The position numbers and the translations under genes are program-made. DNA of 64,000 nt from Eledone cirrhosa (taxonomy: Eukaryota). The notes under the pieces were generated by a model, which was not told the DNA's origin, searched no databases, and was given only the letters and a program-made list of their open reading frames with translations. The stretch's first letter is position 1. Each line of letters starts with the position of its first letter. Positions 31,671 to 61,274 of the stretch are shown here, piece by piece. The stretch lies in the NCBI GenBank assembly GCA_964016885.1, contig OZ024752.1:44578001-44642000 (forward strand), read 5' to 3'.

Positions 31671-32528
31671 CATCTTCCCCTACTAACTCCACCAATCCTC
31701 TTCTGTACATAAAATTGAATCAAGTTTCCGTCTTTTTTTTTTATTTGTTTAATAAAATTTCATTAAATTTATTGAACAAAAGTTGTGCAATGTTGAAAAT
31801 ATTAAAAAAGGATAAAAACGAAATTAAGAAATGGAAAGAGGGGGGAGGGGGGTAAAGAAGAGCAGTTCTGGTTATATAGGAAAGTGAAGGACTATAAATG
31901 AGATGGAAAGAGCAAGGACTACTAGACCACAGAAGAAAGGCAAGAGGGTGGCAGACTACATTTAGGTTAGAGTGGTGTTTTGTCTGTGTCCCATGGACAA
32001 AATTAGAACATTTATATATAATAGGCTGAATAAGTTGGGGGTGTATATGTCACTAATACTTAGCTCGTCCTATGAGCTGAGTGCTCTTACCCTTGGATAT
32101 TTGTACTACAGTATATATATATATAAGGAAAAGAAATTGAAAATGCAACTTTCAGTCATCCCATTTTGGATAATTAATTAATTATATTTTGAGAAGGGAA
32201 TATCTTCCTATGTATTTAAAGAATTAACAGAAAACAAGTGAGGTAGCATAAATTTTAAATTTTACTAACAATTCAAATTACAACATTTACATAAGCTTTA
32301 TTTTATACAGATTTCAGGTATATCAAGTTAAGTTCTCCAAATTTATTTCTGTTTTTCTTATTAATTCAGTTTGATGTCAAGAACTGATTATAATTTAGAG
32401 TAGAAACAATTTAGAGTAGAAACAACAATATCCAGAATACTATGGTGTATTCTTTTAGAGATTATTTCAATAAATAAATTTTGAAATTTTCTTAATAAAA
32501 ATCAGTGAACTTTGTTTTCTCTTAAAGT

Positions 32529-50252
<17,724 letters not shown>

Positions 50253-50620
50253 TACGTCTGCTACCTTCTGTAGAACTCTTTACTAGAAGAAGTTACAGAT
50301 TCTAGGGATGTCTTCTCTTCTCAAAATTACAACACCACTGATTACGTCTCTCCTAAATTAAACAATATATATATATTTCTATAACTGTCCGCTTACATAT
50401 CATTAATATTTAACATTTACTAATAGAGAGTATTATTTTTTCTTCTGCTATGTATTCTGATACTGCCATCATATCTTAGTTAGACACATTTATCCTAATA
50501 TACACTCCGAAGAGTACTAATGTAATATACTAGCTAGTGCGCCATTTTGGATGTTTTTGGTTTCGTTTTTCCAGTTTTCGTTTCGGTATTACGATATTAC
50601 CGTGCCGAAATTTATAATTT
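50253..50620. promoter_or_regulatory. Probable bidirectional promoter between PEX1 and the plus-strand gene
   Basis: Directly upstream of the PEX1 ATG, locally CpG-containing, with a YY1-type CGCCATTTT at 50540. Plus-strand exons follow. Confidence 0.4.
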
Positions 50621-52792
50621 CCCATTAATGTTAATGTTAATTTTATTTATTAACAGATGAATTAAAATAAAAATACTAGCTTACACTACAACTAACCACC
50701 TGGGAAATAGTTTTCAAATAATTGTTTATTAATTATTTATTCCTCATAACTGGACATAGAACTGTCTACTGTTTCTTTGAGAAACGAAAGTAGGATGAAA
50801 CGATTTGAAGAAAGGTTATTTTAATACCTGACCTACAATTATACAAGATTTAAATTACAGTCTATTTGAAAATAGAGTGAAAAGATTTAAATAAATGTTA
50901 TTTCAATACCGGATTTAGCGTTATCAGTAAATTGAGTCAGAAGGTAACCAGGGCCTACTGACCCTCCCAGAGAACATGAAGACATAATGAATGGTTAAAG
51001 TCAGCTGGTTGTGTCTCTGACCCCCACCCAGGGTCCACTGGTGGTTGTCTTGCTGGACGCCCCCCCCCCCACTGGTGGTTGTCTTGCTGGACCCCCCCCC
51101 CACTGGTGGTTGCCTCTGGATCCCACCAGGGCCGACTGAGTTAACCCAGTAAGGTGGTTGGTATTAGGAAGGGCATCCAGCCAGAAAACCAAGTCAAAAC
51201 CAGATCATGTGAGCAAACCGTGATCTCCTGACCTGTCTAGCCTCATGTCAGTTTGTTTAACTCATGCAAACATGGAAAATAGATGATGAGGATGATGATA
51301 ACATATCAATTCTTCACTTTCATACAACAACAACAACAATCTTAATAGATTAAAAAAAACTAGAAAAGTGTCTGCATATTTGAATGATTGTCTTGATAAA
51401 CAATGGCAGCTTTTGTTGTGTTTTAATTACTTGGCTGTGTTCTACTCCTCAATTAGGTTTTATAATTTATTTTAAATACTTGTTCTTTGTTGTACAGGAT
51501 AATTACTGATTACAAAGACACTTCTCACTAACAGCTACCATAGTTGGAAAGTAATTTTACGGAAAATTTTAAATATTATAAACATTCAAACTGGAAAAAA
51601 CCCTAATGTCCTGCACTATATTCCTTTATTTCGGGGGTTTTGTCTCTCTAGTCTTATACATAAGTAAACTTGCTTTCTGACTTGTCTGTTAAAATCATAG
51701 TGGTGTGTTTTTAATTTATTTATTGGAAGTTAACATCACAATGTCTTACATTGGGGTATATAACTTATATACCCCTTATATTATAAGGTGGTAAATTAAC
51801 AGAGTTATTCAAATATCAGACAGAATGTTTTGTGGTATTTGTTCTGGCTCTATGCACTTTGTGTTCAAATCCTTGCCATAGTCAACTTTGCCTTCCATCA
51901 TTTTGACGTTGATAAAAAAAAGTACCAGTCAAGTACTGGGGTCATATCTTTCTCTATCTCTTTCTCACTTCCTTTCTTTCACTCTCTCCTTCTTCTCTGG
52001 AAGAAATCGGCTGCGTTTAGAACCAAAGAGAGGGATGGATGGCTCCACCCGGTTGCCAACGATGGCACCTCTACAACACCAGGAGTTACAAATGCATAGG
52101 AATAGGTGACAGTGTCAGTCCTGAACCATTAACGTGCAGGGGTGACAAAGATGTGAGGTATGGTAAGGGCGACAGACGTTTAATATGGTGTCTGGGATGT
52201 GAGATATAGCAGGGGGTGATGAAAGTGGTATGTGGTGTCTGAGATTGTAGGGGTGACAGAAGTTTAATGTGGTAGTTATGAGGAAGGGCTGTGCCCATGC
52301 CATGATCCTTTTCAAAACCTCAGAGAGACTAAGGGAGACAGGTATCCCCCAACTAAAGACTTGGCTCTACTAAGTGGTGAGGTGGTACCGTTAAGCTGGG
52401 CTACAAATGAAGTCTACCATGTAAATTAGCCACAACAGGATTGGAACTAAGAATGCAAAGAGTTGGAACAAATACCGCAAGGCATCCTATCTAATGCTTT
52501 AACAACACTAGCAATCCAAAACACCAGTGTTACGATTCGTTCTTAACTCTTGCTGCTGTGTGACTACCATTATTCAGTATAGAGTTATGGCTCTTTACGT
52601 TCTGCATTCAAATCCCGCCGAAGTTAACTTAGCCTTTCATCCTTCGATAAAATAAAGTACCAGTGTTGCATTGAGGTAATTGCTGGCCTTGTGCCAAAAG
52701 TAGAAACAATTATTACTAGAATACTTTTGATCCTCTTATATCGTAAACATTTGTGCAGATGTATTATTAAATGATGTATATATATATATATA

Positions 52793-52990
52793 TAGAAAGG
52801 GTCAGGACCCCGACGGCTGAGCTCCGGCCGTTTTCGACAGGTAGATCCGAACAGTTCAGATCTAGCTGTCGAAACGGCCGGAGCTCAGCCGTCGGGGTCC
52901 TGACTCTTTTCCTATTACCCACTCTACTACCTTAAGTATCGAGTACTCTGGTGCGTTATGGTCCCCCCTCTTCCTGCTATATCAAGCGTT
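52793..52990 (+). mobile_element. Palindromic short element ('GACCCCGACGGC' family)
   Basis: About 60-bp inverted arms; GAAA-CGGC...GCCG-TC-GGGGTC at 52871-52899; tail CCTATTACCCACTCTACTACCTTAAGTATCGAGTACT. Starts in (TA)n. Confidence 0.75.
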
Positions 52991-53572
52991 AACCTAATAT
53001 ATCCCTTCCATATACTGTACCGATTGTGTTGTTATTTCTGTTTACCTTTTACATAAATAACATTACATACAAATTAAATTGCTCATAATTCTTTCAGAAT
53101 AACATTATAAATATAATTGTTTCTACTTTTGGCACAAGACAAGCAATTACCCAGTGTATTACTGGTACTTTATTTTATCGACTCCGTAAGGATGAAAGGC
53201 AAAGTTAACCTCGGCGGGATTTGAACTCAGACATAACAAATGTAATGTCGTTGATAAACACAATATATCAAATACAACCAACCATTGCTAAGAACCTCAC
53301 TAAAACGTTGAACAGAATAATACTTAGAGACAGCTTTCTTTCTAAAACATATATTATCTGGTATTTTATTTATTGATGTAAAGACTGACATTGTAGGTTT
53401 TGAACCCAGAAAGGAAGGAGTTGGAATAGATGAAGTAAAACATTTCGTTCGGAAATCTTTCTGCCAATTATTATTATTGCTGGCTTTGTGCCAAAAGTAG
53501 AAATAATTATTGTTTGTGTGTTTATATTATTCACAATTTTATAACAATACAAACTGTTTATATTTCTTACAG

Positions 53573-53947
53573 AATGAAAATATAAACATATATAATAAAT
53601 ACAATTATTGCTGGGAACCTCACAAATATGCACAAAAATATTTGATGAAAGCTGGAGGTGCTAGAACACCTTGGAATATATGGACGTAAGTGTAGTTTAT
53701 ACCGGTTGGTTATAGTTGGAATACTTGGGATGATAGGTCTACTATAGACCAGAGCTAACCAAAAAGGATTCTGCGATAAGTACCAGCAGAAACCAACATC
53801 GTCTTTGAATCTTTATGTATATTTTGTATGTTCTGATTTAGTTCAGGTTGCGATGGACATTTTATCACGAAATATATTCCTTGATACACTTACAACGAAA
53901 GAAAGAACCTTCGACAAATTCGATTAAATCAACAAAGGAGACAGAAG
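53573..53947 (+). other. Probable upstream (5'UTR/uORF) exons 53573-53685 and 53847-53947 of the plus-strand gene
   Basis: Good acceptors (tttcttacag, ttcag) and donors (gtaagt, gtgcga). Their joined frame is open but stops on entering the exon at 58644. A further candidate exon lies at about 51498-51662. Confidence 0.35.
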
Positions 53948-54528
53948 GTGCGATTCCAAATAGATTATATTTCACTTTTATATTCACATTATATAGCAGA
54001 AGATTAGTCTATTTGATGAAGGTAAAAATGTACCAGTAAATTCTTCTTTACACACCCTAGACACACATTGAAACAAGCCAAAACAGTTGTGTTTAAGTAA
54101 AGTGTTACATTCATGCATGAAATTGCACGTGTTTCAACATCTAGTCATGCAATACTTACACATGGAGCTCATTCTAGCTTTGACAATCATTTCACCATGT
54201 AGCATTTGTTAATCGATAGAAATAAAAATCATTGGAAATTTCGATCTAATCTTAAAGTACATTATCTAAACTATACTATAGCTATTCTTGGCTCAGCAGA
54301 CGTGTATTTACTCACAATATCCATCCAACTCACCGGATGTGAACTATTTTCTTTAAAAATCATATTTACTCTTTTTTTTTTTAAATATAAATTTAAAAAT
54401 AAATATATATATATTAATTGTGTTTATATACTAATATATAAATTGTATTTACATACTAATATATATATATATCGTGTTTATATAAATATATATATACTGT
54501 ATTTATATACTTATATATATATATACTG

Positions 54529-54576
<48 letters not shown>

Positions 54577-55127
54577 TTATATACTAATATATATGTATCG
54601 TAGTTATATACTAATATATATATATATATATATATCGTGTTTATATACTAACATATGTATATATATAGTGTGTTATCACTAAAATGAGATATATATTAAA
54701 AGAGACAATAACCAGTTTAAAGTATGGAGTAGTGTCCCTTGAAATCTCCATGCCCACCTTTACACAACAAGGGGAGACCTTACCTCACTACAGTGGGTGT
54801 GCTGGTTGTTACAGGACTGAGGGGGAGGAAATGAACGGATTTTAATTAGCTTTTTAATTTTAATTTTAATTTTAATCATGTCTTCAGATGCTCTCGTCAA
54901 GTGTGTGGCCTATAAGCTGTAAGTGTATTTTAATTCTTTGAAACACAAGCATATCATATCCACTATCATGTATTAATTAATTAATTTGCGTGTGTGTGTA
55001 TGTGTATTATGTATGTGTGTGTGAGAGAGAGACTCCTGTTTCTTGTTAAGATACCATTCAAACAAAGTCACGATGCTTTTATTATATATATATGTGTGTA
55101 AATGTATGATATATATATATATATAAA

Positions 55128-56060
55128 TCAGCAGTGGTGGAGGGTGCTCTGAAAGTACAGTAGCTAGAGTCAGAACTGGATGGAAAAAGTTCAGAGAACT
55201 TATACCACTATTAGCCGCTAAAGGGTTCTCTCTAAAAATGAAAGGCAGGCTGTATGATGCCTGCATACGAACAGCAATGTTACATGGCAGTGAGACCTGG
55301 GCATTGTGTGCAGAGGATATACGCAGACTGGAGAGGAACGAAGCTTGTATGCTCCGCTGGATGTGTAATAGTAAGATACGTGAACGGCAAAGCATAAACG
55401 AACTAAGGGAAAAATTAGAAATAAGAGGGATCAGATGTTTACTCGAGAGAAGACTACGTTGGTATGGTCACATGATGCGCATGAAAGACGACAGCTGTAT
55501 AAAAAAGTGCAGGGCAATAAAAATAGACGGTAGCCACGGAGTAGGCAGATCCAGAAAAACCTGGGACGACTTGATAAATTCCGACCTCACACACTTACAC
55601 CTCTCCAAGACAATGTCACTGGACCGAGATCTTTGGCGGTACTCAGTAATACAGAAGACCCGCCTTACCTAAGTACAAAGTGAAACCTACTACAGTCAGT
55701 AGGCACCTCTAACAAAAATACACCCCCGTCCCACTACCCCCACCCCATCCATACCACCCCTTTCAATGTAAAGTTATGTTGGTACCACAACATCCAGTCC
55801 GAAACAAATGAGGTCGTGTAGGTGTCACGACAAAAAAACACACAGTCCACGCTGTAATGTGACCGTGTAGGTAACACGGTAAAAACCTCCCAGTCCCACA
55901 CTGTAAATGTGGTTGGTGTTAGGAAGGGCATCCAGCTGTGGAAAACCCGCCAGACAGTCCTATACGAGCAAGACAACCACTCTTGCCTCAAGTGGGAAAA
56001 CTCCCGTCCAAACCCATGCAAGCGTGGAAGATGGACGTTAAACGATGATGATGATGATGA
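55128..56060 (+). mobile_element. RTE-clade LINE 3' end with 3'UTR and (GAT)n tail
   Basis: KGRLYDACIRTAMLHGSETW...RRLRWYGHMMRM...GRSRKTW; ends GGACGTTAAACGATGATGATG. Confidence 0.9.
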
Positions 56061-56091
56061 TATATATATATACACGTACTTACATACATAT

Positions 56092-56127
<36 letters not shown>

Positions 56128-56349
56128 GGTGGGGTGGGGATCTGTAAGCCTTGGAATATGCAACCTGTCTATGAGAGCAGTACTTTCATATAATTAAAAC
56201 TGTGCATGGTGGTGTGGACTTCCTTAAACATTCTGATAAAAAAGATTCTTAAATTCTGACAGGCATTCTCTCAAGTGCTAGTAGCCTTGACAACAGGCCA
56301 GGTTCTTAGCTGAGTCCATCTAACCCTTATTCTAAGTCTCTCAGTCCAT

Positions 56350-56612
56350 CTAACCCTTATCAGTGACAACTAGTCTATGTTGGGAGGTACATTCTTCCAC
56401 AGGATAGGCTTTGGCAATAATGTGGCTGGTTGGTTTCTTGAAGTTTGTTTTGCAGATCATTAATTCTAGAGTATCACAGGACTCTAAAAGCCTAGTCTCA
56501 GTTCTTGTGCCATAACCATAGCCTCCATGTATACCAGGGAATCCTTCATGTTTTCCAACATGTCCATTGAAGTCACCAGCTGTGATAATGAGATCACTGT
56601 CATCTGTCATTG
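56350..56612 (-). mobile_element. RTE-type APE endonuclease fragment (internally deleted)
   Basis: IITAGDFNGHVGK...HGGYGYGTR...SQHRLVV. Confidence 0.8.
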
Positions 56613-57676
56613 TCTATAGGAGAGCCTTTTGCTTGCTATTTTATTTATTGGCCTCAATAGATTGAAAAACAAAGTTGATCCAACTGTGATTTGAACACTG
56701 AACGCAGGGAACCACAATAAATACTGAAGTAACGATTTTGCCAATTATCTAGGACCCCTTAATTATCTAGGACTCATATCATTATGTTCAACACAATATA
56801 GTGAGGAGTAAAACAACCTACATTCAGTTGTACATCCATGGCCACCTCTGAAATTGAATGGATTGCTACATCAACACTACATGTGAATCTTAATTTCCAC
56901 ATGTACATCTTTAGAAAAATGAGTTGTTCATGTGTGAGAGATGAGAATTAGCGAGATGGCCCATTGCATCCATTCACCTAATTACAACTGTTTGAAAATA
57001 TATTCATTAATTATTAATACTTGTGAAGCTTTGCTAATGATCTGACCAGGTAATAACTGGAGCATGTCAATCAACACAGAAAAAAAAAACATGTTAAATC
57101 GTCCTTCATGTATTAACATTTTTAATAGCCGAAGAATAATTCTGTATGTGTTTCCTCTAAATTATATCGTCTCTGTTTGGGTGTGTGTTTATTTACAGTA
57201 GCAACGAAGCCGTTCAACAGGACATAGATTAAACTTTGATTAAGCACGGAGTAGTGGCCCTTTAAATCTCCATGCCCACGGCGTCTCTATACAACAAACA
57301 TAAACAATAGAGACAAGTTACTACTGAACAACGAAGCTGAAATAGAAGTCAATATATATATATAGAGAGAGAGAGGGGGAGAGAATAAGAAAGAAAGAAA
57401 CTTCTGGGAGGAAATGAAAACATTTTAATTCCTATTTAAATAATAATAATAATTTCTACTTTTGGCACAAGGCCAGCAATTACCCCAGTGCATTACTGGT
57501 ACTTTATTTTATCGACCCCGTAAGGATAATAATAATAAGCATGTCTTCTGATGCTCTTGTCAAGTGCGTGGCTTATAAGCTGTAAGTATATTTTGATATA
57601 TATATAATGTGTGTGTATAGCCCATGCTAGCGTAGAAAATGGACGTTAAACGAAGATGGTATATATAAGTAAATAA

Positions 57677-57765
<89 letters not shown>

Positions 57766-57854
57766 ATATATGTGTGTGTGTGTATATATGTGTGTGTGTG
57801 TATATATATGTGTGTGTGTGTGTGTGTGTATATATGTGTGTGTGTGTATATATA

Positions 57855-57885
<31 letters not shown>

Positions 57886-57900
57886 GTGTGTGTATATATA

Positions 57901-57931
<31 letters not shown>

Positions 57932-58102
57932 GTGTGTGTGTATATATATATATGTGTGTGTGTGTGTATATATATATATATGTGTGTATATATATATATG
58001 TGTGTGTGTGTATATATATATATATGTGTGTATATATATATATGTTTGTGTGTGTATATATATATATATATGTTTGTGTGTGTATATATATATATATGTG
58101 TT

Positions 58103-58145
<43 letters not shown>

Positions 58146-58240
58146 CTGTGTATATATATATATATTTGTGTGTGTGTGTGTATATATATATGTATGTGTG
58201 TGTCTGTGTCTATATATGTGTGTATATATATGTGTGTGTG

Positions 58241-58271
<31 letters not shown>

Positions 58272-58409
58272 ATATATATATATATGTGTGTGTATATATA
58301 TATATGTGTGTGTATATATATATATATATGTGTGTGTATATATATATATATATGTGTGTGTGTATATATTATATATATATGTGTGTATATATATATATAT
58401 GTGTGTGTG

Positions 58410-58440
<31 letters not shown>

Positions 58441-58471
58441 ATATATATATGTGTGTTTATATATATATATA

Positions 58472-58561
<90 letters not shown>

Positions 58562-58675
58562 GATGGCTGACTTGTTTTAACATATTTTGAAAACTTCCTA
58601 TAAAACTCATATCATATTGGTATTGTTTCATGTTCCCGTGCAGTAAATACCACATGAATGTAATTGAACGAGAAG

Positions 58676-61214
58676 ATGGCTTCAGCCCTTCAGGAAATTA
58701 TTTCAAATATGAAAAACCTGTTATTTATCCTGTGAGTATGTTTCATATCACTTTAAATCAACTTCTATCTAGTTGAAAGCCACCCACCTTTGTGAAAAAG
58801 AATATAAATATATATACATATATACACCAGCTCCAAACATCATAGAACCAAACTCCGCCCCCCCCCCTCTCTTTCTCTATCACTCACTATTATGAGCAAA
58901 TGGGGCCCACATGCTGTATATTGTTGTTTGTTGGTGTCTGTGTGAAGGGCTAGCTGTTAGATTTGTATGGGTGGAGGTGGGGGGGGGGGGGGGGGTCAAG
59001 TAAATTGAGCCAAAACTCATTCTCTTGAAACAGTGAGAATATGATTGGCTATCATCATCATCATCATCATATAATGTAACAAAACATTGAAACTAATGTC
59101 AGCAACTAATTTACTTTCTTTATCTTGTATATAAGATGCTCCCGTGTTTACATTCTTTCTCTTGTATAAAAGATGACCCCGTGTTTACATTCTTTCTCTT
59201 GTATATAAGATGCCGCCCATGTTTACTTTCTTTTTCTTTCTCTTGTATATAAGATGCCGCCCATGTTTACTTTCTTTTTCTTTCTCTTGTATATAAGATG
59301 CCGCCCATGTTTACTTTCTTTTTCTTTCTCTTGTATATAAGATGCCGCCCATGTTTACTTTCTTTTTCTTTCTCTTGTATATAAGATGCCACCTTGTTTA
59401 CTTTCTTTTTCTTTCTCTTGTATATAAGATGCCACCTTGTTTACTTTCTTTTTCTTTCTCTTGTATATAAGGTGCCACCTTGTTTACTTTCTTTTTCTTT
59501 CTCTTGTATATAAGATGCCACCTTGTTTACTTTCTTTTTCTTTCTCTTGTATATAAGATGCCACCTTGTTTACTTTCTTCATATGAAACTGACTATTCTC
59601 AAAGGAAAAAACTTTTTTCCGGTTCTTCATTAGAAAACAGAGAATGTGTTCTAACTCGAAGAAAACTAAGGTAAAATCTAATAAAAAGAGGGAAAATATT
59701 ATTTCTAAGATCGCTTCCCTCAAGGTTTCTTTTTTTGATGACATTCAGTGCAGTTTACTCGTCAGTCTAGCTGTCCACACATTTGTTTGTGTGTGATCTG
59801 TTGCTTGGCAACGACCATCAAGGGCCAGATCACTTCCCCTGTTAAGGAGGGCTCTAAATATGTGAGGTGGGAGACCTTCATAATTGGTTCCAGCTTCATT
59901 TATGTTAATTATTTCCTTATTATTTTACATAACGACTCCATAAGAGTTTTCCTCCCCACGAGTATTTTTATTGAAATACGATTCTTGTATAACCTGCCTT
60001 GCCTGGCTAAATAGTGTCTTTATTAGAGGGTCAGACGCCATGCTTTGCAGCATGGAGTTACGGCCCTTTGCGTTCTGAGTTCAAATCCTGCCGAGGTTAA
60101 CTTTGCCTTTCATCTTTACGGAGGTCGATAAAATAAAGTACCAGTCACGCACTGGGGTCGATTTAATTGACTTTCCCCTCCCCCAAAATTGCTGGCCTTG
60201 TGCCTATATAAGAAACCATTATTATCACCATTAAAGAAATTATCCCCCCGCCCTCCTCCTCCTCCATTTATTTCTATTGTTTTATTACATTAGGTGTCCC
60301 AGCATTCCGTGTTATTCTCCGACTATTTTGGATAGAAGAAGAAAACAAAGAGTTGTAAAGATTGCAAGTAAACTACTGGTGACATTGGTAAGACTTGGAA
60401 TTGCTGGATTTCACACACATACATATATTATATATATGTATATATATATGTATATCTATATCCAAAATTAAGATAAATTAAATGAATTTAATCTAAATCA
60501 AAATTATGGGTGTCATGCCAGAACGGGATGCACCATATCACCCGGAAAAATAAGCTCAAAGATTCTATCGAGTAGGTCCGAGCATTTTATAATAACTAGA
60601 AATTGATTAACATATATATAAACATGAATAATCACAGGAGATAATTTTTACAAGCGTGTAACCACACATAGCTAGGTAGGTAACTAAATAAGGTTGACTA
60701 GAACTTCAAAATTAGATACCCTATAATATGATTAATCTAAGATTAATCATAAGGTATCTATTTTTGAAGTTCTAGTCAACCTTATTTAGTTACCTACCTA
60801 GCTATGTGTGGTTACACACTTGTAAATTATCTCCTGTATATATATATATAGGAAAATGTGTGACCCCGTCGAAACGGCTTGAGCTCTGCCGTCGGGGTTA
60901 AACATTTTCCTATTACCCACCCTACTACCATAAGTATTGAGTACTCTTGTGCATTATGGTCCATCTGGTTCCTTACCACAGCTCCTCCGTTATATATATG
61001 TATGAAAGATTCAGGACGGACCCCGATGGCTGAGTTTCAATAGCTAGATCTGAAATGGCCGGAGCTCAGCTGTCGGGGTCCTGAATTTTTTCATATATCC
61101 CAAGTATTGAGTACTCTGGTGAGTAATGGTCTAACTGGTTTTTACTGCCTCCATTCTGATATATATATATATATTTATATACATACATATATTCCTTATT
61201 AGTTGGTAACATAT

Positions 61215-61274
<60 letters not shown>

